Shown here in pieces: positions 30,372-40,425 of a stretch of 64,000 nucleotides of DNA. Numbering within the stretch: the first letter of the stretch is position 1; every line of letters begins with the position of its first letter. The notes below the pieces were generated by a model. That model had not been told where the DNA came from. It saw only the letters and a program-made list of their open reading frames with translations, and made no database searches. The translations under genes and the position numbers were made by a program. The stretch spans positions 2,372 to 66,371 of the forward strand of contig CBFIAF010000019.1 of NCBI GenBank assembly GCA_965660545.1, in the 5' to 3' direction. The DNA comes from Alphaproteobacteria bacterium (lineage in GTDB: Bacteria; Pseudomonadota; Alphaproteobacteria; Bin95).

Positions 30372-31562
30372 GTGACAGACAAAGTGGATGCCGTAAATCC
30401 GTTCGTGCCAGGGACCGATATTCGCATCCCCGGCGCTGCATCAGGCCCATTAGCGGGACTGACATTCGCCGCCAAGGATCTCTTTGATATTGCAGGTTTT
30501 CCAACGGGCGGTGGCAGCCCGGATTGGCCGCGTGACCAGCCCCTACCGGGAAAACATGCCTGGGCCGTGCAGAGACTGTTGGATGGCGGCGCAAACCTGA
30601 TCGGCAAAACAATCACGGACGAAATTTCGCTCGGCATATTGGGTGAGAACGCGTTTGAAGGCACCCCAAGCAATGTGAATGCGCCAGGGCGGGTTCCGGG
30701 TGGATCATCATCAGGCTCAGCGGCAGCCGTAGCCGCAGGGATCGCTGATATCGCCATCGGCACAGATACAGGTGGGTCCGTGCGGGTGCCGTCCAGTTTC
30801 TGCGGTCTTTACGGCATTCGCCCAACCCACGGTCGCTTGCCGCTGGACGGCATGGCACCGCAAGCCCCAACGTCGGACACGACTGGCTGGTTCGCGCGGG
30901 ACGGTGATAAGTTCGCTCGTACCTCTGCTGTCATACTTGGAGAGCCTGTGGCTGATGACGCCCGACCAAGCACGCTGGTCGTCGCAACAGACGCCTTCGG
31001 GTTCGCGGATGATAGTGTTGCCGCTGCTCTCGCTCCACTGGTGGATAGGTTGAAAGCGTTGTCGGGCACCGTCCGCGAAGATTTATTAGCACCCCAGGGG
31101 CTTTCAACATGGGCGCGGGCGCAGCGCGCCATCCAGCCGTATGAAGCCTGGAAGACATTTGAATCTTGGGTTGATCAATACAATCCGCGCATGACCTTCA
31201 CTGTCGCGCGCGGCCTGATTGCTGGGGCATCTATCCCGGTCGCAGAACGAACCTGGGCCGGGTATATGCGGATCGAAGCCCGCGCGCGCTTGCGGATGTT
31301 GACCGCGGATGGCGGCGTTCTCTGCATGCCGACAACACCGTTCCCAGCGCCTAAACAAGGCCTCGCCGTCTCCGCCATGGACCCGTTCAAGGACAGAATC
31401 ACCTGTCTTGCATCCCTGGGTGGGCTCGCTGGGCATCCACAGATTAGCATTCCGGGGGGGCAGGTTGACGGCCTGCCCATCGGCCTCTCCATTATAGGCG
31501 CACGCGGGGCGGATGCTCAGCTTGCGTCTATCGCACGGACCACCGGTAAGGAATTCGAATGA
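30372..31562 (+). CDS. Amidase (amidase-signature family)
   Basis: KDLFD, PGGSSSGSAAA, GTDTGGSVRVP (Ser-cisSer-Lys triad); GTG start at 30372. Confidence 0.88.
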   Translation: MTDKVDAVNPFVPGTDIRIPGAASGPLAGLTFAAKDLFDIAGFPTGGGSPDWPRDQPLPGKHAWAVQRLLDGGANLIGKTITDEISLGILGENAFEGTPSNVNAPGRVPGGSSSGSAAAVAAGIADIAIGTDTGGSVRVPSSFCGLYGIRPTHGRLPLDGMAPQAPTSDTTGWFARDGDKFARTSAVILGEPVADDARPSTLVVATDAFGFADDSVAAALAPLVDRLKALSGTVREDLLAPQGLSTWARAQRAIQPYEAWKTFESWVDQYNPRMTFTVARGLIAGASIPVAERTWAGYMRIEARARLRMLTADGGVLCMPTTPFPAPKQGLAVSAMDPFKDRITCLASLGGLAGHPQISIPGGQVDGLPIGLSIIGARGADAQLASIARTTGKEFE

Positions 31563-31963
31563 CTGACATGACCCCCAACACCCCTGAAATCGTGGAAGAA
31601 GTCCGCGTCAAGTTTGAGCGCTATGAACAGGCGCTGATCGATAAAAACGTGGATGTTCTGGATGACACATTCTGGGAAAGTCCGTTGGCGACCCGGCTCG
31701 CGATGCATGAACACGGCTACGGCTTTGACGAGATCCACGCTCACCGCGTCGCCCGCCCACCAGGGCCGGGCATCAAAGAGGAACGGTTGCGGCTGGATAT
31801 CCTCACCCTTGGCCGCGATTTCGCCAATGTCAGCCTCGAGTTTAAAGTGCGCGGCAAAGATTTGATCGGCCGTCAGACCCAAGTTTGGGCGCGCCTACCA
31901 GACGTTGGCTGGAAGGTCGTCTTCGCCCATGTCTCGACCGTGGAACACGACGCGCTCTGGTAA
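31559..31963 (+). CDS. AtzH-like / HpxZ (DUF3225) protein
   Basis: FERYEQAL..NVDVLD..FW, GRQTQVW, GWKVVFAHVS. Confidence 0.82.
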   Translation: MTDMTPNTPEIVEEVRVKFERYEQALIDKNVDVLDDTFWESPLATRLAMHEHGYGFDEIHAHRVARPPGPGIKEERLRLDILTLGRDFANVSLEFKVRGKDLIGRQTQVWARLPDVGWKVVFAHVSTVEHDALW

Positions 31964-31975
31964 GTTGGTTCTGGG

Positions 31976-32820
31976 TCAGACGGCGGTATGCGCCGGCTGG
32001 CCCGCAACGCCTTTGTATAGAACGGCCTGGCGAAGCTGTATGATTCGCGCATGCTCTGCCCTGGCGGCGTCGTCCACATCGGCAACCGGCGGCGTTTCCA
32101 GCACGAAATTGCCGTGAGTGTCGCCTCCGCGCACGAGCCATGCGGAATCAGCATCCCCATTCACCTCAGATACATTCAGCGTGATGTAGCGGACGGCGAC
32201 GCCGATTCGGTGCTCACTGGATTGGTTCGGTTCAGATGCGTGCACGGTGCGGACGTGATGTAGCGAGAGTTCGCCCGGCTGTAGCGGACAGAACACATCT
32301 TTATCATCGTCCACTTCGATGGCGATTTCTTGGCCGCGCGTCAGCAGGTTATCTGCGGCGAGGGTATCCCGATGCGGGGTCTGGTCCAGATTTTGGGAGC
32401 CGGGCAGCATTTTCATGCAGCCGCTTTCCAACGTCGTGGGCGACAGCGCGATCCATGCCGTTGTGACGCTTGGCTTGGATAGGCCCCAATATGTGGAATC
32501 CTGGTGCCATGTGACAAAGCCTGGCGTATGTGCGTCCTTCACGAACAAGCTCTCATACCCCAGACCATCAGGTCCGGCCCCAACACATCTTCTACGGCAT
32601 CTAGCACACGCAGATGGCTTGCAAGCTCTGCCGCCCAGGTCTGCAGGAGGTAGAGCTTCTGGCCTTTGGATGGCTCATACCACCCAACATTCGCTGCCTC
32701 ATAGGCCTCGAACCGAGTATGGAATGCAGCCATATCCTCAGGCTATAACGCAGGTACAGGGGCGATGAAGCCGTCGCGCTTGTAGGCGGCGGATTGGGTA
32801 GATGACAGGGATTTTGGTAT
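31976..32820 (-). pseudogene. PhyH-family dioxygenase pseudogene
   Basis: Likely start now ATA (32820), in-frame TAG after RDGFIAPVPAL, and a frameshift near 32550 (GMRACS instead of GMSLFVK). The WHQD and distal His motifs survive in the 3' piece. Confidence 0.8.
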
Positions 32821-32824
32821 GACG

Positions 32825-34246
32825 TTATTCCGCTGCGACGGCGGCGGGTGCATCCGCCCATTTTGGTCTATCGCCGCCAAGCACCGGCGATGGCCGCGCC
32901 CAATATGGCGGCGTCTTGGAAAGCTTCAGAACAGGTCCCAAATGCCGGATGGGCCCATATGCAGGTGCCGATTCAATCCGCATGGCTGCCAATTCATCAT
33001 CGCTGAATTCCATGCCGTCCTGGACAGGGGCAGTTTTGCCCTGGCGATAGATCAGCATGCCAGACCGGCAGAGTGAGACGCGCACATGATAGCTGCCTCC
33101 TTCCCGCGCGCGACGGGCAAGCGCGAGGAGCATGCCGTAAGCTGCCAGATATCCCGTGACATAGTCATTGGCGGCGGCTGGCAAAAGTTTCGGCCGTTCC
33201 GGGCTGCCTTCAGCCGCGATGCCGACCATAGTTTGCGCCACTTGTTCCCATCCGGCGCGATGGCTGAACGGACCATCCGCGCCATAGCAGCTAATGGAAG
33301 CGTAGATGATGCCTGGGCGGATTGCCGCCGCTTGTTCCGGCCCAAACCCAAGCCCTTCAAGCATGCCAGGGCGGTAGCCTTGCGAGAAGATATCGGCGTC
33401 CGCCAGCAGTGCCCGCAATTGCGCGGCCTCTTCGGCATTCTTGAGGTCTAGGAAGCAGGAGCGCTTGCCATGGCTGGTGTCGATCACGTGTTCTGGAACC
33501 TGCGGCAGGCGTTCGGCTGTCACCATCAACACTTCAGCGCCATGTTCCGCCAGCGTGCGCCCAGAAATTGGGCCAGCTAGGATGCGAGTCAGGTCCAACG
33601 CTTTGATGCCGCTGAGCGGACGAGGACCCTCCGGCATCGGCTCAGGGTCGCTATCACCAATTTTGATGATTTCGACGATTGGCTTTGTCGCTAGCACCTG
33701 GCCGTGTGGTGTTGCCAGCCATTCATCATTGGAACGCACCATGCCGCCGCAGGTACGGATTTCGTCAATGGCGTTTTCAAGGTCCATCGCATCCCATTTG
33801 GCAACGGCGGGCGCGATGGAGGCGGGGATTAGGTCGCAATCCAGTAGCTTCAGCATCCGTGCTTGCAGATGGGGCAGGTTGAAATGCGGCAGGACATAGC
33901 GGCCATCCTTGGTCGGGTAGGGCTGCGTTACCTGCATCATCTTTTCATGCGCCGCGTTCACAATGGTTTTGAACGCGCCATCCGGCCCTGGTCGTTGCAG
34001 ATAACTTGTACTGCGAAGCGCTGCGGCGGCATGGCGGACATCGACTGCCGCCTTTTGCCGCTTACCAGTTTTCAGCTCCCAAATATCGTTGACCGCAACG
34101 CCAATGCCGCCAAGCACAGCAGCCGCCGTTTCGCCAATTTTGAAGCGCGTGGATACGACTGGATCAGCGCCTGTGATGGTCACCTCGTCAGCGGCAGGCG
34201 TTCTCAAGCCGCGTGCGGCTAAGACTTCATCGAATGCGGTGGTCAT
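32825..34246 (-). CDS. Class III CoA-transferase (CaiB/BaiF family)
   Basis: PLSGIKALDLTRILAGP, GKRS..LDLK, QGYRPG, ANDYVTG (catalytic Asp). Confidence 0.88.
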   Translation of the reverse strand: MTTAFDEVLAARGLRTPAADEVTITGADPVVSTRFKIGETAAAVLGGIGVAVNDIWELKTGKRQKAAVDVRHAAAALRSTSYLQRPGPDGAFKTIVNAAHEKMMQVTQPYPTKDGRYVLPHFNLPHLQARMLKLLDCDLIPASIAPAVAKWDAMDLENAIDEIRTCGGMVRSNDEWLATPHGQVLATKPIVEIIKIGDSDPEPMPEGPRPLSGIKALDLTRILAGPISGRTLAEHGAEVLMVTAERLPQVPEHVIDTSHGKRSCFLDLKNAEEAAQLRALLADADIFSQGYRPGMLEGLGFGPEQAAAIRPGIIYASISCYGADGPFSHRAGWEQVAQTMVGIAAEGSPERPKLLPAAANDYVTGYLAAYGMLLALARRAREGGSYHVRVSLCRSGMLIYRQGKTAPVQDGMEFSDDELAAMRIESAPAYGPIRHLGPVLKLSKTPPYWARPSPVLGGDRPKWADAPAAVAAE

Positions 34247-34273
34247 TGAAGTTGGTCCTTCACGTGAGGCAAT

Positions 34274-35374
34274 TTAGGCGCTTTGCTTTTGGCGTTTTGT
34301 TGTTTCGCCAGCGCCGCCATCGACAGCTTCCAATGGGGCATTCAATGCCGCACCTGGGCAATGAATGCCAGCGGGGCGGCCTGCGGGGTTCAGCCCTTGC
34401 TGCTCGATATGGCTTGCAGGCACATCTGGTCCTCCAGGGCAGCCAAGCCAGAGGCGCAGCAGGTGGCGGCGGCGCTCCAGGTCTGGCCAGTCCTCATATT
34501 TAGTGCGACTATGCAGGACGGTGTGATTACAGACGAACTGCATATCGCCTGGTTCAAATTCCATGTCCAGGCGGAATTCTTCACTGCCGGCGAGGGCGTC
34601 CAGCGCATCAAACGCGGCCTCTTGCTCCAGCGTGACACGCGGCACGTCATCAAAGCGTTGGGCTTTGCGGATGGCGCTGCGGACATAATGGCCAAAGATG
34701 CGCCCTTCGTGGGCCTGGAATACGGGCATTGGGTACCAGGGGCGGCGGCCTTCTGGAATTTCGTCCCGGCGGTCCCGATATGTCAGCTGCATCAGGACTG
34801 CCAGATGCTCTGGATGCCGCTCGATCATGGCGTGGTAGAGCGCGGTTGAGGATACGGCGCTGGAAAGCCCGCCGGTCTTCGATGTTTTGATGGATAGCAG
34901 CCCGACAACATCGCCTGCATCGCAGTGATAGGGCAGGCGTTCTGCCGTTTGATAGCCCCTGGAACTCGGTTGGCTGTAATCGAAGCCAAGGTCGCGGACA
35001 TGGCCAAGCGCATGCCCCGCCGCGTTTTGCGACACGGCGTCGCCAAGGTGCAGCCCGACTGCCCAGAACGCCGTCGCGGCTTGGCGCAGATTGTAGCGAT
35101 CAATCGGAAATCCTCGAATAAGTGATAGCCCAACGCCGTCCAGCACATTCGCTTTGATCTCTTTCAGCTTCGGTGCGAGGTGCGGCAAGGGCAGGTCGCT
35201 TGCGGTGACTTTTGTCAGATCATCTGTCCGATCACCTTCCGCTGCGATCACGGCTTCAAGGTCGCCAAGCTCGGCTGCTGAAAGGTCGTGCATCCAGCGG
35301 TCTGGCGCTTTCGCTAGGTCTGAACCCTTCCAGTTGGCGGGGCTTGCATCGAAGCGAGGGAAGCTATCTAGCAT
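34274..35374 (-). CDS. TauD/TfdA-family Fe(II)/2OG dioxygenase
   Basis: YHCD (HxD), NHTVLHSRT, RRHLLRLWL. Confidence 0.85.
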   Translation of the reverse strand: MLDSFPRFDASPANWKGSDLAKAPDRWMHDLSAAELGDLEAVIAAEGDRTDDLTKVTASDLPLPHLAPKLKEIKANVLDGVGLSLIRGFPIDRYNLRQAATAFWAVGLHLGDAVSQNAAGHALGHVRDLGFDYSQPSSRGYQTAERLPYHCDAGDVVGLLSIKTSKTGGLSSAVSSTALYHAMIERHPEHLAVLMQLTYRDRRDEIPEGRRPWYPMPVFQAHEGRIFGHYVRSAIRKAQRFDDVPRVTLEQEAAFDALDALAGSEEFRLDMEFEPGDMQFVCNHTVLHSRTKYEDWPDLERRRHLLRLWLGCPGGPDVPASHIEQQGLNPAGRPAGIHCPGAALNAPLEAVDGGAGETTKRQKQSA

Positions 35375-35384
35375 TTGATCCTCC

Positions 35385-36257
35385 TTATTCTTGTCGCAGG
35401 GCCTTGGCGGCGTTCTGCTTGTCGCGGCGTTCGCCGCCTTCGGCCTTCAAGCGGGCACGAATTTCAGGCGTCAGGCGATTATAGCGCCCACGCCATTCTG
35501 GGTCCGGCCAAACGAAATCAGTTTCGACGGTTTGCATCGGCTCATTCGCGTTTTCCAGCGTGTCGAGTGCAATGCCGACAACGTCGCGCTGCATGTCGCG
35601 CTTCCAGGGTTCGCCCGTTGGATTACCCAGGGGGAAATCCAGGAAGACAAACCGGGGCGCGCCGCAATATTCAACGATATCCCGGGCGGACCCGATAACC
35701 ACTGTCGGAATGCCGTTCGCTTCAAGACGGCGTGCAACCAGACTCACGGTCTGGTGACACACGGGTCAAAGCGGGGAGAGGACAGCGACGTCTGCGCCAT
35801 CCGCTTGGACGCGCTCCAGAATTTCTGGCGCATGTCGCTGCATCGTCATGCGGTGGCTGTAGACTGTTGGGGCGCCGAAGAAATGATCGGTCACTCCTCC
35901 GATCCGGCCTTCGCGCGCAAAGCCTTGCATTGTCTCAATGGGCAGGAAGCTCTCACGGTCATCCGTGTGTGTGCTTTCCTTGTCCCAGGCCGTGTTCATG
36001 GTGAACAGGGCATCGGGCGGTGGGGCCGTTGGGCCAGCCCAAACATGGCGAACGCCCTTGGCGTCAATATTCGTCTGGCTTTTGTCGCTGGCTGTTGTGA
36101 TGAGTGCAACACGGCTATCCGCCAGCGGCTTTTTCAGCGGCGTGAAAGGCGCGTCTTCGTTGTGCGCCCAGACGTAATCCTTGTCATAGCCCATCGCCCT
36201 ATAATATTGGCGTGTCCGCTCCATATACGGAATGGGGGCATTTGATCCTCCGCTCAT
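35385..36257 (-). CDS. Glycine/sarcosine/betaine/D-proline reductase selenoprotein-B-like protein (Sec at UGA 35768-35766)
   Basis: Track ORFs 35766..36269 and 35385..35762 share one frame: VAVLSPL-U-PVCHQTVSLVARRLEANGIPTV. PFTPLKKPLADSRVALITTA and FPLGNP are family motifs, and a SECIS hairpin follows the UGA. GGAGG RBS precedes ATG 36257 (alternative start 36269). Confidence 0.85.
35731..35763 (-). promoter_or_regulatory. Bacterial SECIS element
   Basis: mRNA UGA-CC-CGUGUG-UC-ACCAGAC-CGUGA-GUCUGGU-UGCACG: perfect 7-bp upper stem, 6-bp lower stem with two G-U pairs, GU in the loop, loop starting after a 17-nt spacer from the UGA. Confidence 0.8.
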
Positions 36258-36428
36258 CTGATCCTCCATGTCCTATTGCTGCATCAGGATGGCCCAAACC
36301 GTTGAACGCGGGCAAGCCCGCTGCGATTGCGCCTTGTCGTCGGCATATGTCTGCCGCGCAAACGATGTAGAACAATCGCTTCAGCTATATTTGCGTAAGC
36401 CAGGACCGAAATTGAAGGGAACCACCAG

Positions 36429-36824
36429 ATGCTAGAGGGCAAATGTCATTGCGGCGAAGCAGGGTGGACGCTTAAGGACATGCCTGAATCAGTAACCGTT
36501 TGCAGTTGAACGGTTTGCCGTCGATATGGTGTGCTTTGGGCTTACGGCTATATTGGCGATGATAGCCATTATATCGGAACAACAACGACTTACCACCGCA
36601 AGGATGGCCGCACCATAGACTTTCATCGCTGCGCTAAATGTGGGTGCGTAATCCACTACGTTAAGACAACAGCTGAGGCAGACGGGCGCCACCGGACCGC
36701 AGTGAATATACGTATGACCGATCCTGCTTTGATCTTCGACCTCCCAATCGTCCAATTCGATGGCCTAGAGACTTTTGAGAACTTACCACGTGATGGACGT
36801 AAGGTCAGCGATATGTGGTTTTGA
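36429..36824 (+). CDS. GFA (Mss4-like Zn) family protein with in-frame TGA at a conserved Cys (selenoprotein candidate or pseudogene)
   Basis: MLEGKCHCG...VTVCS-TGA(36507-36509)-TVCRRYG...FHRCAKCGC...AVNIRM; GAAGGGA RBS upstream. Confidence 0.7.
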
Positions 36825-36990
36825 AACCAACAAAAAAAGCCTCGATTGAGCGAAGTGATGTACCCGGCAACGGAAGCCCCGCGTTCTAGGCCTTGCCAGT
36901 TGAAGGTCACAACAGAAATTTGCTGCACCCTGTAAGTCTTCGGGCGAGCATAAAAATTGGATATTAACGACCGTTTTAGGAAGTAACAAT

Positions 36991-37737
36991 ATGACTCGCA
37001 TTATGATGGTTACCGGCGCGGGGCGTGGTATTGGCCGGGCGACTGCGATTTTGGCCGCAAAAGCAGATTATAGCGTCTGCATCAACTATGCTGAGGATGT
37101 GCAATCGGCTGAGGAAACTTGTGCCGAATGCGCGGGAACTGGCGTGGCGGTGAACATCTTCAAGGCGAATTTTGCGGATCCATCAGATGTGCGGGCACTG
37201 TTTGCGCATTGCGACAACACGCTGGGGCCTGTGGCCGCACTGATCAACAATGCTGGTATCATCGGCCGATCTGTGAAGCTCGCTGATCTGGAATCATCGG
37301 TATTGCTGGATACCTTTGCGGTGAATGTGCCTGGCTCCATTTATTGCTGCCAGGAAGCGATCCAGCGCATGTCGAACAAGTTGGGTGGGAAAGGCGGGGC
37401 AATCGTCAATATTACGTCTGCCGCGGCTTATACAGGCAGTCCGAATGAGTATGTGCATTATGCAGCGTCTAAGGCGGCGCTAGAGACGCTGACAATTGGC
37501 CTCGCCGAGGAAGTCGGACCATAGGGCATTCGTGTTAATGGCGTCCGTGCAGGCTCGATTGACACGGGCATTCATGCCCGCTCGGGCAATCCAGACGGTC
37601 CCGCAATAGTCGCCAACATTTCACCGCTCCGCCGGGTGGCAGAGCCGGAAGAAATGGCGGAAGCCGCACTCTGGCTGGCGTCAGGCAAAGCCAGCTATGC
37701 CAATGGGACTATTCTGGGGATGACGGGCGGGCTTTAG
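36991..37737 (+). pseudogene. SDR-family oxidoreductase with premature TAG
   Basis: TGAGRGIG, NNAG, YAASK. TAG at 37522-37524, then the same frame continues GIRVNGVRAG...MTGGL to a stop at 37737. Confidence 0.78.
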
Positions 37738-38741
37738 GTCGCGATGCGGATCGCCAGCTTGCCAGTGTTTCCGCCCTCGAACAGCATGCGCAGGCCGGAT
37801 GGGGCGTGCTCCAAGCCGTTCAGGATGTGTAGGCGCTGTTGCAGGCGACCTGCTTTTAACTCGCCAGCAAGCCATGCCCGGGCCTCGCCATAGCGGGCGT
37901 TATAATCAGAGACGATGAAGCCCTGAACCCGCAATCGCTTGCCGATGGCGAGGCCCATATTCTTAACGCCGTAAAGTTCTGCCGCTGCTGTTTGTGAAAT
38001 ACGGCCACAGATTGCTATCCGGCCAAGGGCGGCCATGTTTCCCAGTGCTGCATCCAGTGTTGGCCCGCCGACATTGTCGAAGTAAACATCCACGGCATTT
38101 GGTGCAGCCTGCTTAATTTCGGCGCTGAGGTCCGTCGCGGCCTTGTAATCGATCGTGGCGTCGAGGCGGAGGCTATCGCGAAGCATCGCGCATTTTTCCG
38201 CACCACCTGCAATGCCGATGACACGGCAGTGGTTCAGCGTGCCGACCTGGGCCGCAATCTGCCCAACGGCACCCGCAGCACCCGAAACCAAAACCGTGTC
38301 GCCAGGTTTGACGTTTGCCACCGCCGTCATGCCAAAATAAGCCGTGAGCGCGCTTGTGCCGAGGGGGCCAATCCAGGCTTCAGCGTCGCCCATGGTGAGG
38401 TCCAGCTTGTGTAAGCCTTCGCCAGAAAGCGTTGGGTGGGTTTGCCAGCCAAGTCGGCCCTGGACCAGATCACCCGGTGCTAGGCTATCGATCCGGCTCT
38501 CGACGACCCGCGCAATGCCGCCTGCGCGCATTACAGACCCAAGTTGGATCGGCGGCACATATCCTGGATCTTCGTTCATCCAGACGCGCATGGCTGGGTC
38601 AATCGAGAGCAGCAGCGTTTCCACCAGCACTTCGCCTGTGTCCGGTTGGCGGACGGGTTCCGTCGTTTCATCGAAATGTTCTGGGCCAGCCAGGCCATCG
38701 GGGCGGGCGATCAAGCGGATTTGGCGATTGGCGTTTTGCAT
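37734..38741 (-). CDS. NADP-dependent alkenal reductase (CurA/prostaglandin reductase-like MDR)
   Basis: LSIDPAMR, VSGAAGAVG, DVYFDNVGG, GNTGK. Confidence 0.88.
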   Translation of the reverse strand: MQNANRQIRLIARPDGLAGPEHFDETTEPVRQPDTGEVLVETLLLSIDPAMRVWMNEDPGYVPPIQLGSVMRAGGIARVVESRIDSLAPGDLVQGRLGWQTHPTLSGEGLHKLDLTMGDAEAWIGPLGTSALTAYFGMTAVANVKPGDTVLVSGAAGAVGQIAAQVGTLNHCRVIGIAGGAEKCAMLRDSLRLDATIDYKAATDLSAEIKQAAPNAVDVYFDNVGGPTLDAALGNMAALGRIAICGRISQTAAAELYGVKNMGLAIGKRLRVQGFIVSDYNARYGEARAWLAGELKAGRLQQRLHILNGLEHAPSGLRMLFEGGNTGKLAIRIAT

Positions 38742-38748
38742 GTGAGCG

Positions 38749-39339
38749 CTATCCAGCGATTTTTTTCACGAATATGAAGAATGCCGCCACAACGATGAAG
38801 CTTGCAAGCGTGATCCAGCCCATATGTTTTTCGATGAACGCCTGGATAGGCGCACCAAAGCGCCAAATCAGTGCCGCCTCCAGCATAAACCGCCCGCCGC
38901 GGGCGAGCAGGCTGGCGATCAGGAAGACGCCGATATCCATACCGATAGCGCCGGATGCAATTGTCACTACCTTAAAGGGAAACGGGGTGAAGGCTGCAAA
39001 CGCGACGATCAGGGCACCCTGTTCGGCATAGAGCAAGCGTAGCTCTTCCATCGCCAACTCACCGCCATAAAAAGCGATCAGCGGCGCCCCGATGGCAGAA
39101 AAGAACAGTGCGCCCAAGGCATAGCCGAAAAGGCCACCTGCGACCGAGCCGATGGTGCAGATGCCGGCATAGGCGAATGCCTTAGCGCGGCGGGCAAGGC
39201 ATATTGGCAGCAGCAATGCGTCCGGTGGGATCGGGAAGACCGAGCTTTCAATGAACGCGATGGTGCCAAGCCACCAGGGCGCTGATGGGCTCGCTGCCTT
39301 GGCCATGCTCCAGTCATAGAGCCTGCGGACCAATCTCAT
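38749..39339 (-). CDS. YqaA/DedA-family membrane protein
   Basis: RRLYDW, FIESSVFPIPPD, FTPFPFKV. Confidence 0.88.
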   Translation of the reverse strand: MRLVRRLYDWSMAKAASPSAPWWLGTIAFIESSVFPIPPDALLLPICLARRAKAFAYAGICTIGSVAGGLFGYALGALFFSAIGAPLIAFYGGELAMEELRLLYAEQGALIVAFAAFTPFPFKVVTIASGAIGMDIGVFLIASLLARGGRFMLEAALIWRFGAPIQAFIEKHMGWITLASFIVVAAFFIFVKKIAG

Positions 39340-40352
39340 TAGGCTGCATCCTGGCGCGTGGCATCCTTGGGCACACGGGCGGCTGCATCACGGATGACCT
39401 CCGGCCCCGCACCTTCCCGTGGGCTGTTTTCAGAGATGTGGCGGCGATAGGCCCGCGCACCTGGGCGGCCTTGGAACAGGCCCAAGATATGGCGGGCAAT
39501 AGCGTGGAGCCGCTCGCCTTTGCTCAATTCGCGTTCGATGTAAGGCAACAACGCTTCGATAACAGCATGTGGATCATCAAAATTTGGGCCTGCTTCAAAG
39601 AATGTGGGATCGGCCTCTGCCAAGTCCAATGGGTTTTGGTATGCGGCACGGCCAAGCATGGCGCCGTCCAGTCCGAAGTCTGTGACCGTCTCGCTGGAAG
39701 CTGCGACGCTGGCCAAGCCGCCATTCAGAATGATGGTCAGGTCTGGCCGCTCACGCCTCAGCTTGGCGACGAGGGGGTAGTTAAGCGGCGGGATATCCCG
39801 GTTGGCTTTGGGGCTAAGGCCTTTCAGCCAGGCTTTCCGTGCATGCACGATGAACGTTTCGCAGCCCGCAGCGGATACTTGCTCCACAAAATGAAACAGT
39901 CGCTGCTCTTCATCATCATCGTCAACGCCAAGGCGGCATTTGACCGTGACGGGAACATCCACAGCACCGCGCATTGCGGTGACGCATTCGGAGACCAGTG
40001 CCGGTTCCCGCATCAAGCAAGCGCCAAATGCACCTTTCTGCACACGCTCTGACGGGCAGCCGCAATTCAGATTAATTTCGTCATAGCCCGCATCCGCACC
40101 AATCCGCGCCGAGGTCGCCAAATCATCAGGCTCTGACCCGCCCAATTGCAGCGCTACCGGATGTTCCGCCGGATCGAACGCTAGCAGACTGTCACGGGGG
40201 CCGTGTAGGATTGCGCCGGTCGTCACCATCTCTGTGTAGAGCAGTGCATGGGCGGACAGCAGGCGGTGGAAGAACCGGCAGTGTCGGTCCGTCCAATCCA
40301 TCATGGGTGCTACCGAAAATCGGTGCGGAGGGATGTCTGCTGAATTGCGCAT
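39339..40352 (-). CDS. dusA: tRNA dihydrouridine(20/20a) synthase
   Basis: FSVAPMMDWTDRHCR, NLNCGCPSERV, HARKAWLKGLSPK. Confidence 0.93.
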   Translation of the reverse strand: MRNSADIPPHRFSVAPMMDWTDRHCRFFHRLLSAHALLYTEMVTTGAILHGPRDSLLAFDPAEHPVALQLGGSEPDDLATSARIGADAGYDEINLNCGCPSERVQKGAFGACLMREPALVSECVTAMRGAVDVPVTVKCRLGVDDDDEEQRLFHFVEQVSAAGCETFIVHARKAWLKGLSPKANRDIPPLNYPLVAKLRRERPDLTIILNGGLASVAASSETVTDFGLDGAMLGRAAYQNPLDLAEADPTFFEAGPNFDDPHAVIEALLPYIERELSKGERLHAIARHILGLFQGRPGARAYRRHISENSPREGAGPEVIRDAAARVPKDATRQDAA

Positions 40353-40425
40353 TCGGTCTTGTGCCTGGAATCGAAATCCGCGACAAGATTATTCATCCAT
40401 CCAAACGCCGTGGGGGCCGGAGACT

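Noticed and set aside
35391-36245. 284-aa plus-strand ORF over the selenoprotein
   Set aside because: Antisense shadow typical of high-GC coding DNA; no recognisable motifs.
37522-37524. Pyrrolysine or programmed readthrough at the SDR TAG
   Set aside because: Non-catalytic position, no pyl context, and TAG is a normal stop in this window.
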